Assembly: GCA_973895155.1 (NCBI GenBank)
Contig: OZ316894.1
Location: 14,872,699 to 14,936,698 of the forward strand
DNA from: Marsupella aquatica
Lineage: Eukaryota; Plantae; Marchantiophyta
DNA: 64,000 nt
Direction of reading: 5' to 3'
Shown: positions 46,891 through 58,161 of the stretch, piece after piece
Layout of the letters: each line of letters opens with the position of its first letter
Numbering within the stretch: the first letter of the stretch is position 1
Notes under the pieces: generated by a model
Databases searched by the model: none
What the model was told of the DNA's origin: nothing
What the model saw: only the letters and a program-made list of their open reading frames with translations
Program-made: the position numbers and the translations under genes

Positions 46891-49800
46891 ATGGCGGAGA
46901 CTGAGTTGACGACGCGACCAATACTCGCAGACATTCCATCGAATGCAGTGCATAGGCGGCAGTTGAAGACGGCTCTGGCAAAAATGGGCTTGAAGAAGCT
47001 GCTTCAACTTCCTTGGAAGATTTGCGAATTCAGCCTTATCGATCAAGGTGTCTGGGATGCTGAAGAAAGGATTGGTGTGCGCTCGCATCCCAGTGTTTGG
47101 ACTGAAGCGCTCATAGCGGAGGTCTATTCGACGCCGATGGAGGGCGAGGATTTATAGAAGGTTGACTGTGAGCCTCGGGTTTATGTAGAATCCTTCTTCG
47201 CTCCAGGATCTTTCAAGAGGCGGAATGGATGGCTAGCGGCGGACTGCTTAGATAATTCTCTGCAACGTCTATTTCAATTTCTGGCACCAATTTTCTACCC
47301 AAAAAGCCAGACGCGCATCACTCTTTTGTTCGCTGCAACGGTGATCTGTTCATTAGAACAGACGCAATCTATCAATTGGACGAAGGTTTTGCACCGAGTA
47401 ATTCATACTCAGGTCAAAAAAATTCATAGCAGGCTGAAAACGGGGAAAATAAGGTGTACCTACTTGGCCCCTTATTTAGCTCACATTTACCATAAGTATG
47501 ACTGTCTGCTTGCCTTGGAAAAAGATTTTTATCGCAACAATCAAAGAGCATCTACCGGTGAAGCAAATGATATGCCTGAAGTACGAGAAGTCTGAGCCAA
47601 TTCCACAGTGGTAGAGCTATGTGCAATACTCGACTGTGAGGAACCTGAACTGGTGGGTGAAGTTTGGAAATTGAAAGAGACAAGAGCATCAGCTGAAGGG
47701 AGTGACGATCCGATTCTTCACCAACCAAGAGAGGCTCAAGTTGCCGAAGATGTTCCTTCAGCAATGCCAACAGGGTTGGAGCATTCTATGTCACCTCGAC
47801 TCTCGCCTTCACCTTGTGCTGCCAAGCCTATTTATGATTTTGATCAGGATAATTCTGCTTCTCGGAAGAATGTTGAAGATGAGGTGAGGGTGGATGAAGA
47901 AGGCTTTTCAGGGGAACCTCTTCAACATTCTACTGCTGAGGACGAGTATGATAGATTTACTTCTACCCCTGTTTTGGTTCCCATAGAGGCAAATAGTGAT
48001 GCTTTGCAGGCTTTACAGGAATATGATTCATCCGACTCTCTTAGTTCTAGCCCAAGTATAGGTGAAATCCCTCTGGTCCAGGAGTCAGTAGAACCTTTGG
48101 CAATATTAAGCTCAGAGATTGTGAAGCTGGTTAAAGTTGATTCGGAGGATGCAATTGTAGATATAGACGAAGTAGGTGATCCAGTGACTTCTCCCCAATC
48201 TGTCGCAAGATCCCCTGCCTGGCCTACACCTAGTTCACTCATATCGATTCCTTTGGATATAACTAAAGAATTAGATGAGGCAATAGCCGAGATAGGAGCT
48301 CCTTCATTTCCACCTGTAAAATGGGTTTCTCCTGAAGATGAGTTGATTGAAGGAGGCTCTGCTGGTTTTCCGAGTCGCAATCAGGTATCTGGGAATAGGG
48401 GTATATCTGTACCCATATTGGTACCCGAGCACCCGTTTCGACAACCAGCTCAACACCAGTTTTGTTGGCTACAAACGAGGGTAAACACATTCGGGAGGAG
48501 TTTTCAGTGACGTATACTCGAAAACTTTGGAAACGGTTGCGCCATGCTATCAGTCGACAGACCTTTCCTGAAGCATCTTCCTAGGATTTTGAACAGGGAG
48601 AGGCACCTATCGGGACAGACGAGCTACCCCTTCCTGTACTTTTGGCAGATCGAACTAACCAGGAAGTCTCTTTACCTAGCGATAATTTTGAAGAAGAACT
48701 TCCTGTTTTAGTACCAATGCATCCCACTGCAGATCAACCAGCTGCTATTGCAAGAGAAGATTTTGAACCACTGGAGCCAGAACCTTCTGCTCCTTCGTCT
48801 CCTGTTACATTGCCAATTCGGCCAGTTAAGAAGTCAGTGATCCCTTCCGCTATGCCAGATGTAATTTTCCGTTGGATAGGAGCACCAAGTGACGGGGAAG
48901 AAGACGAAGACCCTCGCATTATCAGAGTACCTCCTCGACTTTGGCATACAGTGGATTTATCACCTCAAAATCCTATCCCTAACTTGGCTTCAATTCACAG
49001 GTGGGAGAAGAAACATTTTCGGGTAGCTTTTCGACATCTGGAGATGGAGAGCATTTTGCAGCAGCAGCAGATTTTGCCAATAACAACCCATCCGAGGATT
49101 CGTAGTTTGATTCGCACATATAAACCTGGAAAGGCGGTTCCTCCCATTGATAAGGACAGACGACATAAGTTTTCGGAGTTCAAAATTTGGTGTTGGGTGT
49201 ATATGCTTCGACGAGCTCAAGCTCCATTTCCACCCATTGTGCCGGAAATTCCATGGCCCTATCCATACTATGTTTGGGTTTGTCCTGATGGGTTTGCTAT
49301 TCCAATTAAATATGAGAAGGAGCTTGTTAAGCTAATGGAACAGTTGATTACAAAACAATGTATGCTACCGACTTCCCAAGGGTTCAAGTCGCTTAGGTGT
49401 TTAGCATTCCTACCTATTATTCCTTCTTATCCGGATGTGATTATTCAAGGTATTTTGTCTAGGACACATATTTGAAGGACACCATTTATGAGAGATATCA
49501 AACGGTGTTGTCATTTATATGTATATAAGCCGTTACTTTTGCAGCATCCTGCATTTGTTTCCTTCTTTCTCCTTCGAATTGATATTTATCTGCTCATGTG
49601 GAACATCAAAGCTACTATGGATTGTTGGAGTTCTTTACCCCGTGCTTTCCAACATTCCTTTGAAGGCAAGATCAAGCTGGGAGGACATGCTATTCAACAC
49701 TTTGTTATTGATCCAGGCTCTCGAATTAATTTCCTCTCCCATAGACTGTGCCAGCAATTTGTTCATCAAGAAGTACAGCCCATATCTGCTCATATATCAA

Positions 49801-49965
49801 TCGATGGACGAATCATTAAATCTTTGGGGGAGAGTTAAAGGAATCCCAATACAGATCGGAGAAGAATTCCATGACCTCGATTTTTATCTTCTGGATCCGG
49901 ATATCTCCCAACTCCCGTCAATGATTTTGAACACTACTTGGATTATTAAGCCAGAAGATTATTAA
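46891..49965 (+). pseudogene. Extra 3' ORF of the gypsy element (env position), ~1000 codons with stops and frameshifts, ending in a retropepsin-like domain
   Basis: ORFs 46891, 47326 and 47608 share one frame; 48642 and 49488 share another. Ends FVIDPGSRINFLS...GRVKGIPIQIG..LDFYLL..MILNTTWI. Confidence 0.75.
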
Positions 49966-50026
49966 TGAAGAACATGTCACTCGCTTCTGATTCAATTCGG
50001 TCATGTCTTGTGGGGACACGGCAAAA

Positions 50027-50042
50027 TTTAAGTGGAGGGCTA
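50027..50042 (+). other. Polypurine tract
   Basis: TTTAAGTGGAGGGCTA immediately before the 3' LTR. Confidence 0.8.
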
Positions 50043-51360
50043 TGTGGTATGGGTGTCCCTGCAATTTTTTCTGGAAACTTGTTTATTTTTAGCATATCTC
50101 AAGATTTACTTACACTTTAGACGCCTCCGGCCAACATTTACTTGTTCTGGACACTTATAGAAATATTTGACATCTCCGACTTTCCTGACGATTCCTGGTG
50201 TACTTTGCCCGGTGCTGTGACTAGCGTCCGTTTCTTTTACTCATGATGCTTTTGAGCAGCGCCCGACCGCCACCAAGACTCTATGAGGATTTCACACGAC
50301 GCTGTGAGCAGCGTCCACCCTAGTATTGACACTGTGAGCAGCGTCCGTTGGTTTTACTTAAGACGCTTTCAGCAGCATCCGCTTCTACTCACAACGCTTC
50401 TAGCAGCGTCCGCTCGTCACTTAGACTTATTTTTTGAAGTAGATTACTAGTAGAGTAGTATTTTGCCACCCTAGAAGTACTTATGCTGTAAGAACCCTTG
50501 TTTAGTTTTAAGCTTGGAAAGGCATGACTGTTCTTGCCTCCTCCATTTTTGGATTCCAGCACTTATAAGATAGAGTAGAGTGCTCATTTGAAGTAGAGAG
50601 AAATAGACTTAATACTGTATTCAGAATTGAGTCTTCTGAATAGTTTCCTCCTCCTTCCATTGTAACAAGGCATGCTGTGAGTGTTTTGTATGGAAGTAAA
50701 GCTGTATTGATTGAAGTTGAGATTGAATTCAAGAGATTCCTGTGGTGATTGAATTCAATTACAGATTTCTGAAACTCGTATTGAATTCACTGCTAGGCTT
50801 GCTTGCAGAGTCGGGATTCGCTAGCCAATTCAAGAATAGTTAATGATAAATGAGAAGTAAATTCTGATTCTCAGAGTAGTCAGTACCGTTGCTTTGATTC
50901 ATAGTTTAGAGTTTGACTGAATTGCGCATCGCTGACGTCAAACCATGTTGACGGCATTTTAAATCATATCATTCATTTGCAACCAGAAAGCTTCTAGTTC
51001 ATCAGATTGAGAATTCCATTATCATTAACCTTTGTGTTTTGAAGCGTGAGATTGATGAATTATGAGACAGATTTCATGTCTACACTGAGCCCTAATCCTT
51101 TCTGAAGGAGTGGCAGTAGCAGCTTGTAGTCTCTAAATCCTTACTCATTTCTTCTTTGATTCATAAATCAGGAGTTCAGTTACTTGGTTGTTTGTTTATT
51201 TGATTTTTCGTTGAAAAGTGAAGTCAGCATAGAGCTCAGGGCTCTAAATCACTCAGAGTGATAAAAGTTATACAATTCATTCTGAAATCTATTCTTAAAG
51301 GGATCGAAACCCTGGTTTTAGGTGAGAAGAGTCACTTTTGATACTTAGCACTATACGACA
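50043..51360 (+). repeat. 3' LTR (1318 bp)
   Basis: Matches 33316-34638 and is followed by TSD GAATC. Confidence 0.97.
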
Positions 51361-52379
51361 GAATCTCTACCTTGCCAAGGTAGGGCTAAGCTTGAGAAGG
51401 GAGAGGTGGTCCATGCTTAGTGTGGAGAATGTGTAGTGAACTTTTATTGTAAAGGTGATACAATAAAATGAGACTTGTCAATCTTCATTGTGACCATTAA
51501 GTGTGAGTGCATTTGAAGTATATGAGAGCAAGAGAAGAGTCCATGCTATGGTGTAATCTTGGTCTAAGCTCAAAGGGGATGTGCCAATACAAAACCAAGG
51601 CCAAGGAGGCAAGGTTAAGGTAGAGCACTACTTTGAGACTTAGAAAGGATTATAGCTTGAGGGTGGAAAGTACTTTGCTTGGTGTGTGGTGTTAACAAGA
51701 AGTAAGAACAAGAGGAAGAGTCCTTAGATAGAGGAGCCTTCTCTAGAGCTCAAAGGGGATGTGTGGACCCAAACCAACGCCAGGGGGGGCAAGGTTGAGG
51801 AGTAACACTACTTCGAGGGTCTTGAGGAGACTTAAGCTTGAAGAGGAAAGTACTTTGGGTGTTTGGGTGAGAATCTACTCTAAGGTGACAGCTTGGAGTG
51901 GAGATCCCCCTTGCTGATCTTTGGAGTAGAGGAGAGGGGAAGGGTGTGAGTGCAAAAGTAGTCAAAGGGACTGCCTCTCTAGAAGTGGAGAGTTGAAACT
52001 ACTTATGTATGGAGTGATTAGACATTGTAAGCACATTTCAAAAGTTTTGTCAATCCTTTGTGACCCTGGTATGACATGGAGCAGGTAGTAGGTAGTTTTT
52101 TGGGAGAAAAGCCACTTAAGCTCCTTGACAAGTGTTTGACACTTGTGTGGAAACCATAGTACTAGTTGTAGTTAAGTTGACCTACGGTTAAGATAGAAAC
52201 TTAACCCGGGTTAAGGATTAGCGGGAAAGTAGTTATGTTTGGGTTAAGTTCCAAGGTGACCACTAACCTGAGTTAGCACCTTAGGCCTGGTTTGGTTTGG
52301 CTTGGGTTGGTTTGGAGCCCTGGGGTGTTGAAATAAAGAGGAGAACCAGGGGGGCTATCTCCTCACTTGTTCACTTGCA

Positions 52380-52526
52380 CATGTAGTAGTGTTGTTGACT
52401 ACAGTGATTGTATCTGATTGTAATTTGCCATTTCCGAATAGAGACGATGATCCACCTCAGGAAATAATTGCAGATGCAGTAGGATCTCTTGTGCTTTGGC
52501 CATCAGAGTGTGTTAGTCTGCAGTGA
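52380..52526 (+). mobile_element. 147-bp fragment of the CACTA-2 family (end of the last exon)
   Basis: Matches 21783-21929 with 3 mismatches. Confidence 0.92.
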
Positions 52527-54339
52527 TACATGAGGCTGTAGGGGAGATTGAGGAGAAGCTCAAAACCTTTGCACAGGCTGCAAAACAATCACATATGGAA
52601 TTTGTCCAAGCCAAGGAGGAGGAGAGGAGAGCACTAGAAGAAGAACACAAGAACCAGCATGCAAGAGTCAGCAACTGCAAAATATCAGGCCTTGTTGAGG
52701 AGGAGAAGGAAGACACCAAGAAGGTAGCAATTTCATTCTTCCAATCTCAGATGAAAGTGCATGACCCTATCATTTTGCAAGCATATAGGATTGGGCAAAA
52801 GAAGGGGGACCTTCCACGTCCAATCTTGGTGAAGTTTGCAGCTGAATCCGAGAAAGCTAGAGTGATGGCTAACAGGAGCATGCTTAAAGGGCTAAGGATT
52901 TGGTTGGATGATGATCTGACTCCCACACAAGTCCAAGCAAGGAAAATTGAGCTTGAGAAGGTGAGGGTAGCCAAAGACCAAGGATTGGTAGCCTACTTGC
53001 GCAATGGACAAGCTGTTGTTACCAATAAGAAGAGAGTTGTTTCTAAATGATGGATTGGGACCTTGAGAGTCATGGCATGGAATGTTTCAGGACTTTCCAT
53101 AGAAACAGCAATTGGAGGGGAACCTTTGTTTGAGAATTTTGACATCTTGCTTTTCACGGAGACTTGGGAATATGAGGGAAATGCTCTACCTAGCATTAAA
53201 GGCTTTACTTGCATACAATCCATCTTCAATGAGAAGAAGACCACACGGGGAAGAGGGTTTGGAGGCATTGCTGTCTACACCAAGAATCAACTTCAACACA
53301 TCACCTCTATTGAACATGAAGATCCCAGCAAGCAGTTCATGGTGGTGAGACTTCATACCAGAGGTACTCCATCATTTCTGATTGTCACCTACTTTGCTCC
53401 CCTTAATATGAATGTCTATAAGATGGGAATTGCTGATGCACATTATCCATTTCATAGGTTAATCCAAGTCATTCATGATATATCACCACTAGGGGAGACA
53501 TGGATAGTGGGGGACTTTAATGCCAGGGTATCTAATGAACAATTTACTGAAAGTGAGGACTTAGGAACTTTACCTTGGTCATCATGTAGTGAAGAGATAC
53601 CTTGGGTGAGAGAGGCTCTTGACACCAGAACAAATGACATGACACGTCACTTTTTGTATTTGGGAGCTTCTTGTAATCTAAGAATATTGAATGGGCTTGA
53701 GAGATTTCCCCAATCATCTGGTTACACTTTTAGATCTAAACAAGGATGTAGTACCATTGATTACCTTCTTGCCTCACCTACCTCTGCCACTAGAGTGGTT
53801 GACTTTCAAATACTTGATCAACAACTAGAGTCTTCACACTTGCCTTTGTTGTTCCATCTTGACCTGACCACAATCCCAAACAAAGTGCATAGAAAGCCAG
53901 TACCCAAACCTCTGTTTCTAGACCCTGATAGAGAAGTCATCTTCAAAGCCAACTTTGAACATCTTCTCCATACCCTGGATGATCAGATTGAGCTCTCAGA
54001 AGTCATAGCACAAGCAGCAGCCTCTACTTTCTCCACCAAACCCCCTAGAAAGCAAAACATGAAGGCTTGGTTTGACGAGGATTGTGCTAGAGCAAGGATG
54101 CAAGCAAGATCACATTCAGGGGAAAAGAGACTTTTGGCATTCACTATGTACAAGAACTTCATCAAACACAAGAAGAGGTGCTTCTTGAAGAGTCATCAAC
54201 AATCACTATGTGAGGAGTTCATCAAACATCCAAAACGTTTTTGGGAGAGAATGCAATCAGGCAAGACTACTCCCCCCTTGGATCACCAGGACCTGGTAAC
54301 CTATGTCACATCCTTGTATTTCTTTCCAGATGCTAGTGG
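52521..54339 (+). mobile_element. LINE-A copy 4, truncated at both ends (mid-ORF1 to ORF2 codon ~427)
   Basis: ORFs 52523-53050 and 53063-54367. CAGTGA microhomology at the left junction, inversion junction at 54339. Confidence 0.95.
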
Positions 54340-54359
54340 ACTCTCAAGGTCCCAATCCA

Positions 54360-55133
54360 TCATTTAGAAACAACTCTCTTCTTATTGGTAACAACAGCTT
54401 GTCCATTGCGCAAGTAGGCTACCAATCCTTGGTCTTTGGCTACCCTCACCTTCTCAAGCTCAATTTTCCTTGCTTGGACTTGTGTGGGAGTCAGATCATC
54501 ATCCAACCAAATCCTTAGCCCTTTAAGCATGCTCCTGTTAGCCATCACTCTAGCTTTCTCGGATTCAGCTGCAAACTTCACCAAGATTGGACGTGGAAGG
54601 TCCCCCTTCTTTTGCCCAATCCTATATGCTTGCAAAATGATAGGGTCATGCACTTTCATCTGAGATTGGAAGAATGAAATTGTTACCTTCTTGGTGTCTT
54701 CCTTCTCCTCCTCAACAAGGCCTGATATTTTGCAGTTGCTGACTCTTGCATGCTGGTTCTTGTGTTCTTCTTCTAGTGCTCTCCTCTCCTCCTCCTTGGC
54801 TTGGACAAATTCCATATGTGATTGTTTTGCAGCCTGTGCAAAGGTTTTGAGCTTCTCCTCAATCTCCCCTACAGCCTCATGTATCATTGATTTCTCTGGG
54901 CACATACTCTTCTCCATGTCTCCAAAACACGATGCAAGCAATGAGAGTTGCTTACCATTCTCCTGAGTTTGAGATCGAAGATCACTAATCAACCTCTTTT
55001 GCTTGACATTCTCATTCTTTAGCTCCGTCACCTCCTTGCTGAGCGTGGTAATCTCAATTGCGGAGTTTTCAGCCACAACTAAGATTTTCTCAAGCAAAGC
55101 CTTGAGATGGGCAATCTCCTCCGTTGCCATCAC
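54360..55133 (-). CDS. LINE-A ORF1, 257 aa
   Basis: Near-identical to the other copies. Confidence 0.9.
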   Translation of the reverse strand: MMATEEIAHLKALLEKILVVAENSAIEITTLSKEVTELKNENVKQKRLISDLRSQTQENGKQLSLLASCFGDMEKSMCPEKSMIHEAVGEIEEKLKTFAQAAKQSHMEFVQAKEEERRALEEEHKNQHARVSNCKISGLVEEEKEDTKKVTISFFQSQMKVHDPIILQAYRIGQKKGDLPRPILVKFAAESEKARVMANRSMLKGLRIWLDDDLTPTQVQARKIELEKVRVAKDQGLVAYLRNGQAVVTNKKRVVSK

Positions 55134-55195
55134 AAAGCTGAAACTGTTGTTAGAATGTACTCTTAGACGACAAATAGAAATTGGGAGCAGTAGAG

Positions 55196-55999
55196 GATGT
55201 CAGTTGCAGCTCTACCTTTGCCAGTGATACACTCTCGCTGTTTGCAACACTCTGCCAAAATCTGAGCTCAAACCGCAGCCGATTGCCCTTCCAACTCAAA
55301 GTGAAATTTCGCCCCAAGCTCAGAATCCCGAAACTGGACACGTAGCAGATCGTGCATGCTAAAGTGTATACCAAACAATGTCGGTTGCAGCTCTAACTTT
55401 GCCAGTGATACATTCTCGCTGTTTCCAATGCTCTGGCAAAGTCTGAGCTTAAACCGTAGCCAATTTCCCTTCCAACTCGAAGTGAAATTTTGCCCCAAGC
55501 TCAGAATTGTGAAACTGGAGACGTAACAGATCGTGCATGCTAAAGTGCATATCAAACAATGTCGGTTGCAGCTCTAACTTTGCTAGTGATACATTCTTGC
55601 TGTTTCCAATGCTCTGGCAAAATCTGAGCTCAAATCGCAGCCGATTGCCCTTCCAACTCGAAGTGAAATTTCACCCCGAGCTCAGAATCGCGAAACTAGA
55701 GACGTAGCAGATTGCGCATGCTAATGCATACCAAACGATGTCGGTTGCAGCTCTAACTTTGCCAGTGATACATTCTCGCTGTTTCCAATGCTCTGGCAAA
55801 GTCTGAGCTTAAACCGCAGCCGATTGCCCTTCCAACTCGAAGTGAAATTTCGCCCCAAGCTCAGAATCGCGAAACTGGAGACGTAGCAGATCGCGCATGC
55901 TAAAGTGCATACCAAACGATGTCGGTTGCAGCTCTAACTTTGCCAGTGATACATTCTCGCTGTTTGCAACACTCTGCCAAAATCCGAGCTCAAACCGCA
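55196..55999 (-). repeat. 181-bp monomer array (~4.4 units)
   Basis: Same unit, with a 3-bp deletion near 55724. Confidence 0.95.
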
Positions 56000-58027
56000 A
56001 AATAGAGGTAGCTTGAGTCTTTTAGCCCTCTCCTCTAACACTCTAAGGCAAAACATGTGATCTAGAGTACTAAAACCTGCCCTAAAACCAGCTTGTGATG
56101 ATGCTCTTTTCATGTGTTTTTCAACCCAAGAACTAAGTCTAGCTTCTAGTAGTCCTCCTAAAACTTTAGCAAAGATACTAGCTATCATGATAGTCCTATA
56201 GTTGCTCACCTCATTCTTAGAGCCTACCTTGTGAATAGGTACCAATCTCCTTGTACTCCAATCTGGAGGTAAGCCACCTTGGATCACTTGATTCAAACAT
56301 GCAGTGAGTGCTGATACCAAAGAAGATCCACCCCATTGTAGGAGCTCCACTGTGAACCCTTGCAAATCTGCAGCCTTGCCCTTTTGCATTCTAGATAGTT
56401 GAGTTTGCACCTCTATATCTGAGAATTGAATAGCTTCCCCAATCTCCAAAGGCATGGAAGTAGCTTCGGGATAGAAGTAGAGAGACCATTCATAGCTTAC
56501 CAATGTTTGTTGCTCCAAGTAAGTATCTTCTTTTTTCACCTGAAATCTCTTCCAAAAGCCTTTAGGATTCTCTTGAAGTTCTTGGGAAAGCACTTGTTGA
56601 TGTTGCCTCATGAAGCATCTCTTCTTGTGCTTCACAAAGTTACTATACATTCTCAATGCAAGTAACTTTACATCTTCAGCTTGTGCCATGGCCCTCCTTC
56701 TAGCTTCTACACACTCTGCATCAAACCATGCTTTCATGGTTTGTTTTGTGGAAAATGATCTTTTAGAGAATACAGTAGTAGCTGCTTTTGCTATCAATTG
56801 TGATAGTTCCAACACATTGGAATGTGTTGGTAGTAGGGCCTCAATCTCCCCTCTAAATACATCAGCCTTATCATGATCCAGAAAGAGTCTATAAATATGT
56901 CTTTTCCTTGTTATCCCCTCTCTAAAACTTGTGGCCAAATCTAGATGCAATAACAAGGGTAGATGTGAAGAATATGGTTGTTGATCAAGTATTCTAAAAT
57001 CAATCACTCAACTAGCTGAAGATGGTGATGCTAGGAGATAATCAATGGTGCTACATCCTTGGCTTGATCTAAATGTATAACCTGATGAATGAGGAAATCT
57101 TTCAAGCCCATTCAATATTCTCAGATTACAAGAAGCTCCTAATTGTAGAAAATGGGGTGTCATATCATTTACCCTAGTATCTATAGCTTTTCTCAACCAA
57201 GATGAGTCTTCATTACATGATATCCAAGGCAATGCCCCCAAATCTCCACTATCAATGAATTGTTGGTGAGACACTCTAGCATTAAAGTCTCCCACTATCC
57301 ATGTCTCTCCTAGTACTGATACATCATGTATAACTTGAATCAAGTTATGGAATGGATATTGTGCATTAGCAGTTCCCATCTTGTACACATTCATGCTAAG
57401 TGGGGCAAAATAGGTGGCAATTAGAAATGATGGAATACCTCTAGTATGTCGTCTCACCACCATGAATTGCTTGCTTGGATCTTCATGCTCAATAGATGTC
57501 ATGTGTTGAAGATGATTCTTGGTGTAGACTGCAATACCTCCAAACCCTCTTCCCCTTGTGGTGTTCTTTTTATTGAAGAGAGATCCAATGCAAGTAAAAT
57601 CCTTGATGCTAGGTAGATCATTCTCCTCATATTGCCAAGTCTCCAGGAAGAGCAGGATGTCAGCATTCTCAAACAAGGGTTGTCCTCCTATTGCTGATTC
57701 TATGGAAAGTCCTGAAATATTCCATGCCATGACTCTCAAGGTCCCAACCCATCATTTAGAGGCATCTGTCTTCCTTTGGGTCACAAAAGCTTGACCATTG
57801 CGCAGATATGCTACCAATCCTTGATCCTTGGCTGCCCTCACCTTGTCAAGCTCAATCTTCCTTGCTTGCACTTGGGTGGGAGTCAGATCATCATCCAACC
57901 AAATCCTTTGACCCTTGAGCATGCTCCTATTAGCCATCACTCTAACTTTCTCAGATTCCATGCCAAACTTGACCAAGATTGGACGTGGAAGATCACCCTT
58001 CTTTTGTCCAATCCTGTATGCCTGCAA
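55997..58027 (-). mobile_element. LINE family B (diverged relative of A): ORF1 C-terminus, APE and start of RT; in-frame stop at 57008
   Basis: ORFs 57752-58027, 57008-57739 and 55997-57007 align collinearly with LINE-A ORF1/ORF2, with many substitutions. Confidence 0.93.
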
Positions 58028-58161
58028 TGTTGTCTTATTCATGATTACTAACTACTTTAGTGTCGTTATGCTAATACTTACGGACTACTAAGTCCCTAGT
58101 GTGCGTGCTCAGCATGAATTAAGCCGGATTACTCATTATCAGCCGTGCTGGCGGTGTCACA

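Larger units (their letters stand above)
33316..51360 (+). mobile_element. Full-length non-chromoviral Ty3/gypsy LTR retrotransposon (Athila/Phygy-like), ~13.4 kb without the nested LINE
   Basis: Paired TG..CA LTRs, TSD GAATC (33311-33315 and 51361-51365), PBS, PPT, gag-PR-RT-RH-INT order. Confidence 0.97.
54339..55999 (-). mobile_element. LINE-A copy 5: monomer array + ORF1, cut at the start of ORF2
   Basis: ORF1 at 54360-55133, monomers at 55196-55999. GCA microhomology with LINE-B at 55997-55999. Confidence 0.95.
23021..58161 (-). mobile_element. LTR-type element B (relative of the coding solo LTR); only the termini (58161-~58028 and ~24175-23021) are recognisable, with ~34 kb of nested or unassigned DNA between
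   Basis: Minus strand starts TGTGACACCGCC and ends GAGTGACA. 5-bp TSD CAAGA at 23016-23020 and 58162-58166. Both ends are homologous to the ends of 25326-29308. Confidence 0.85.
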
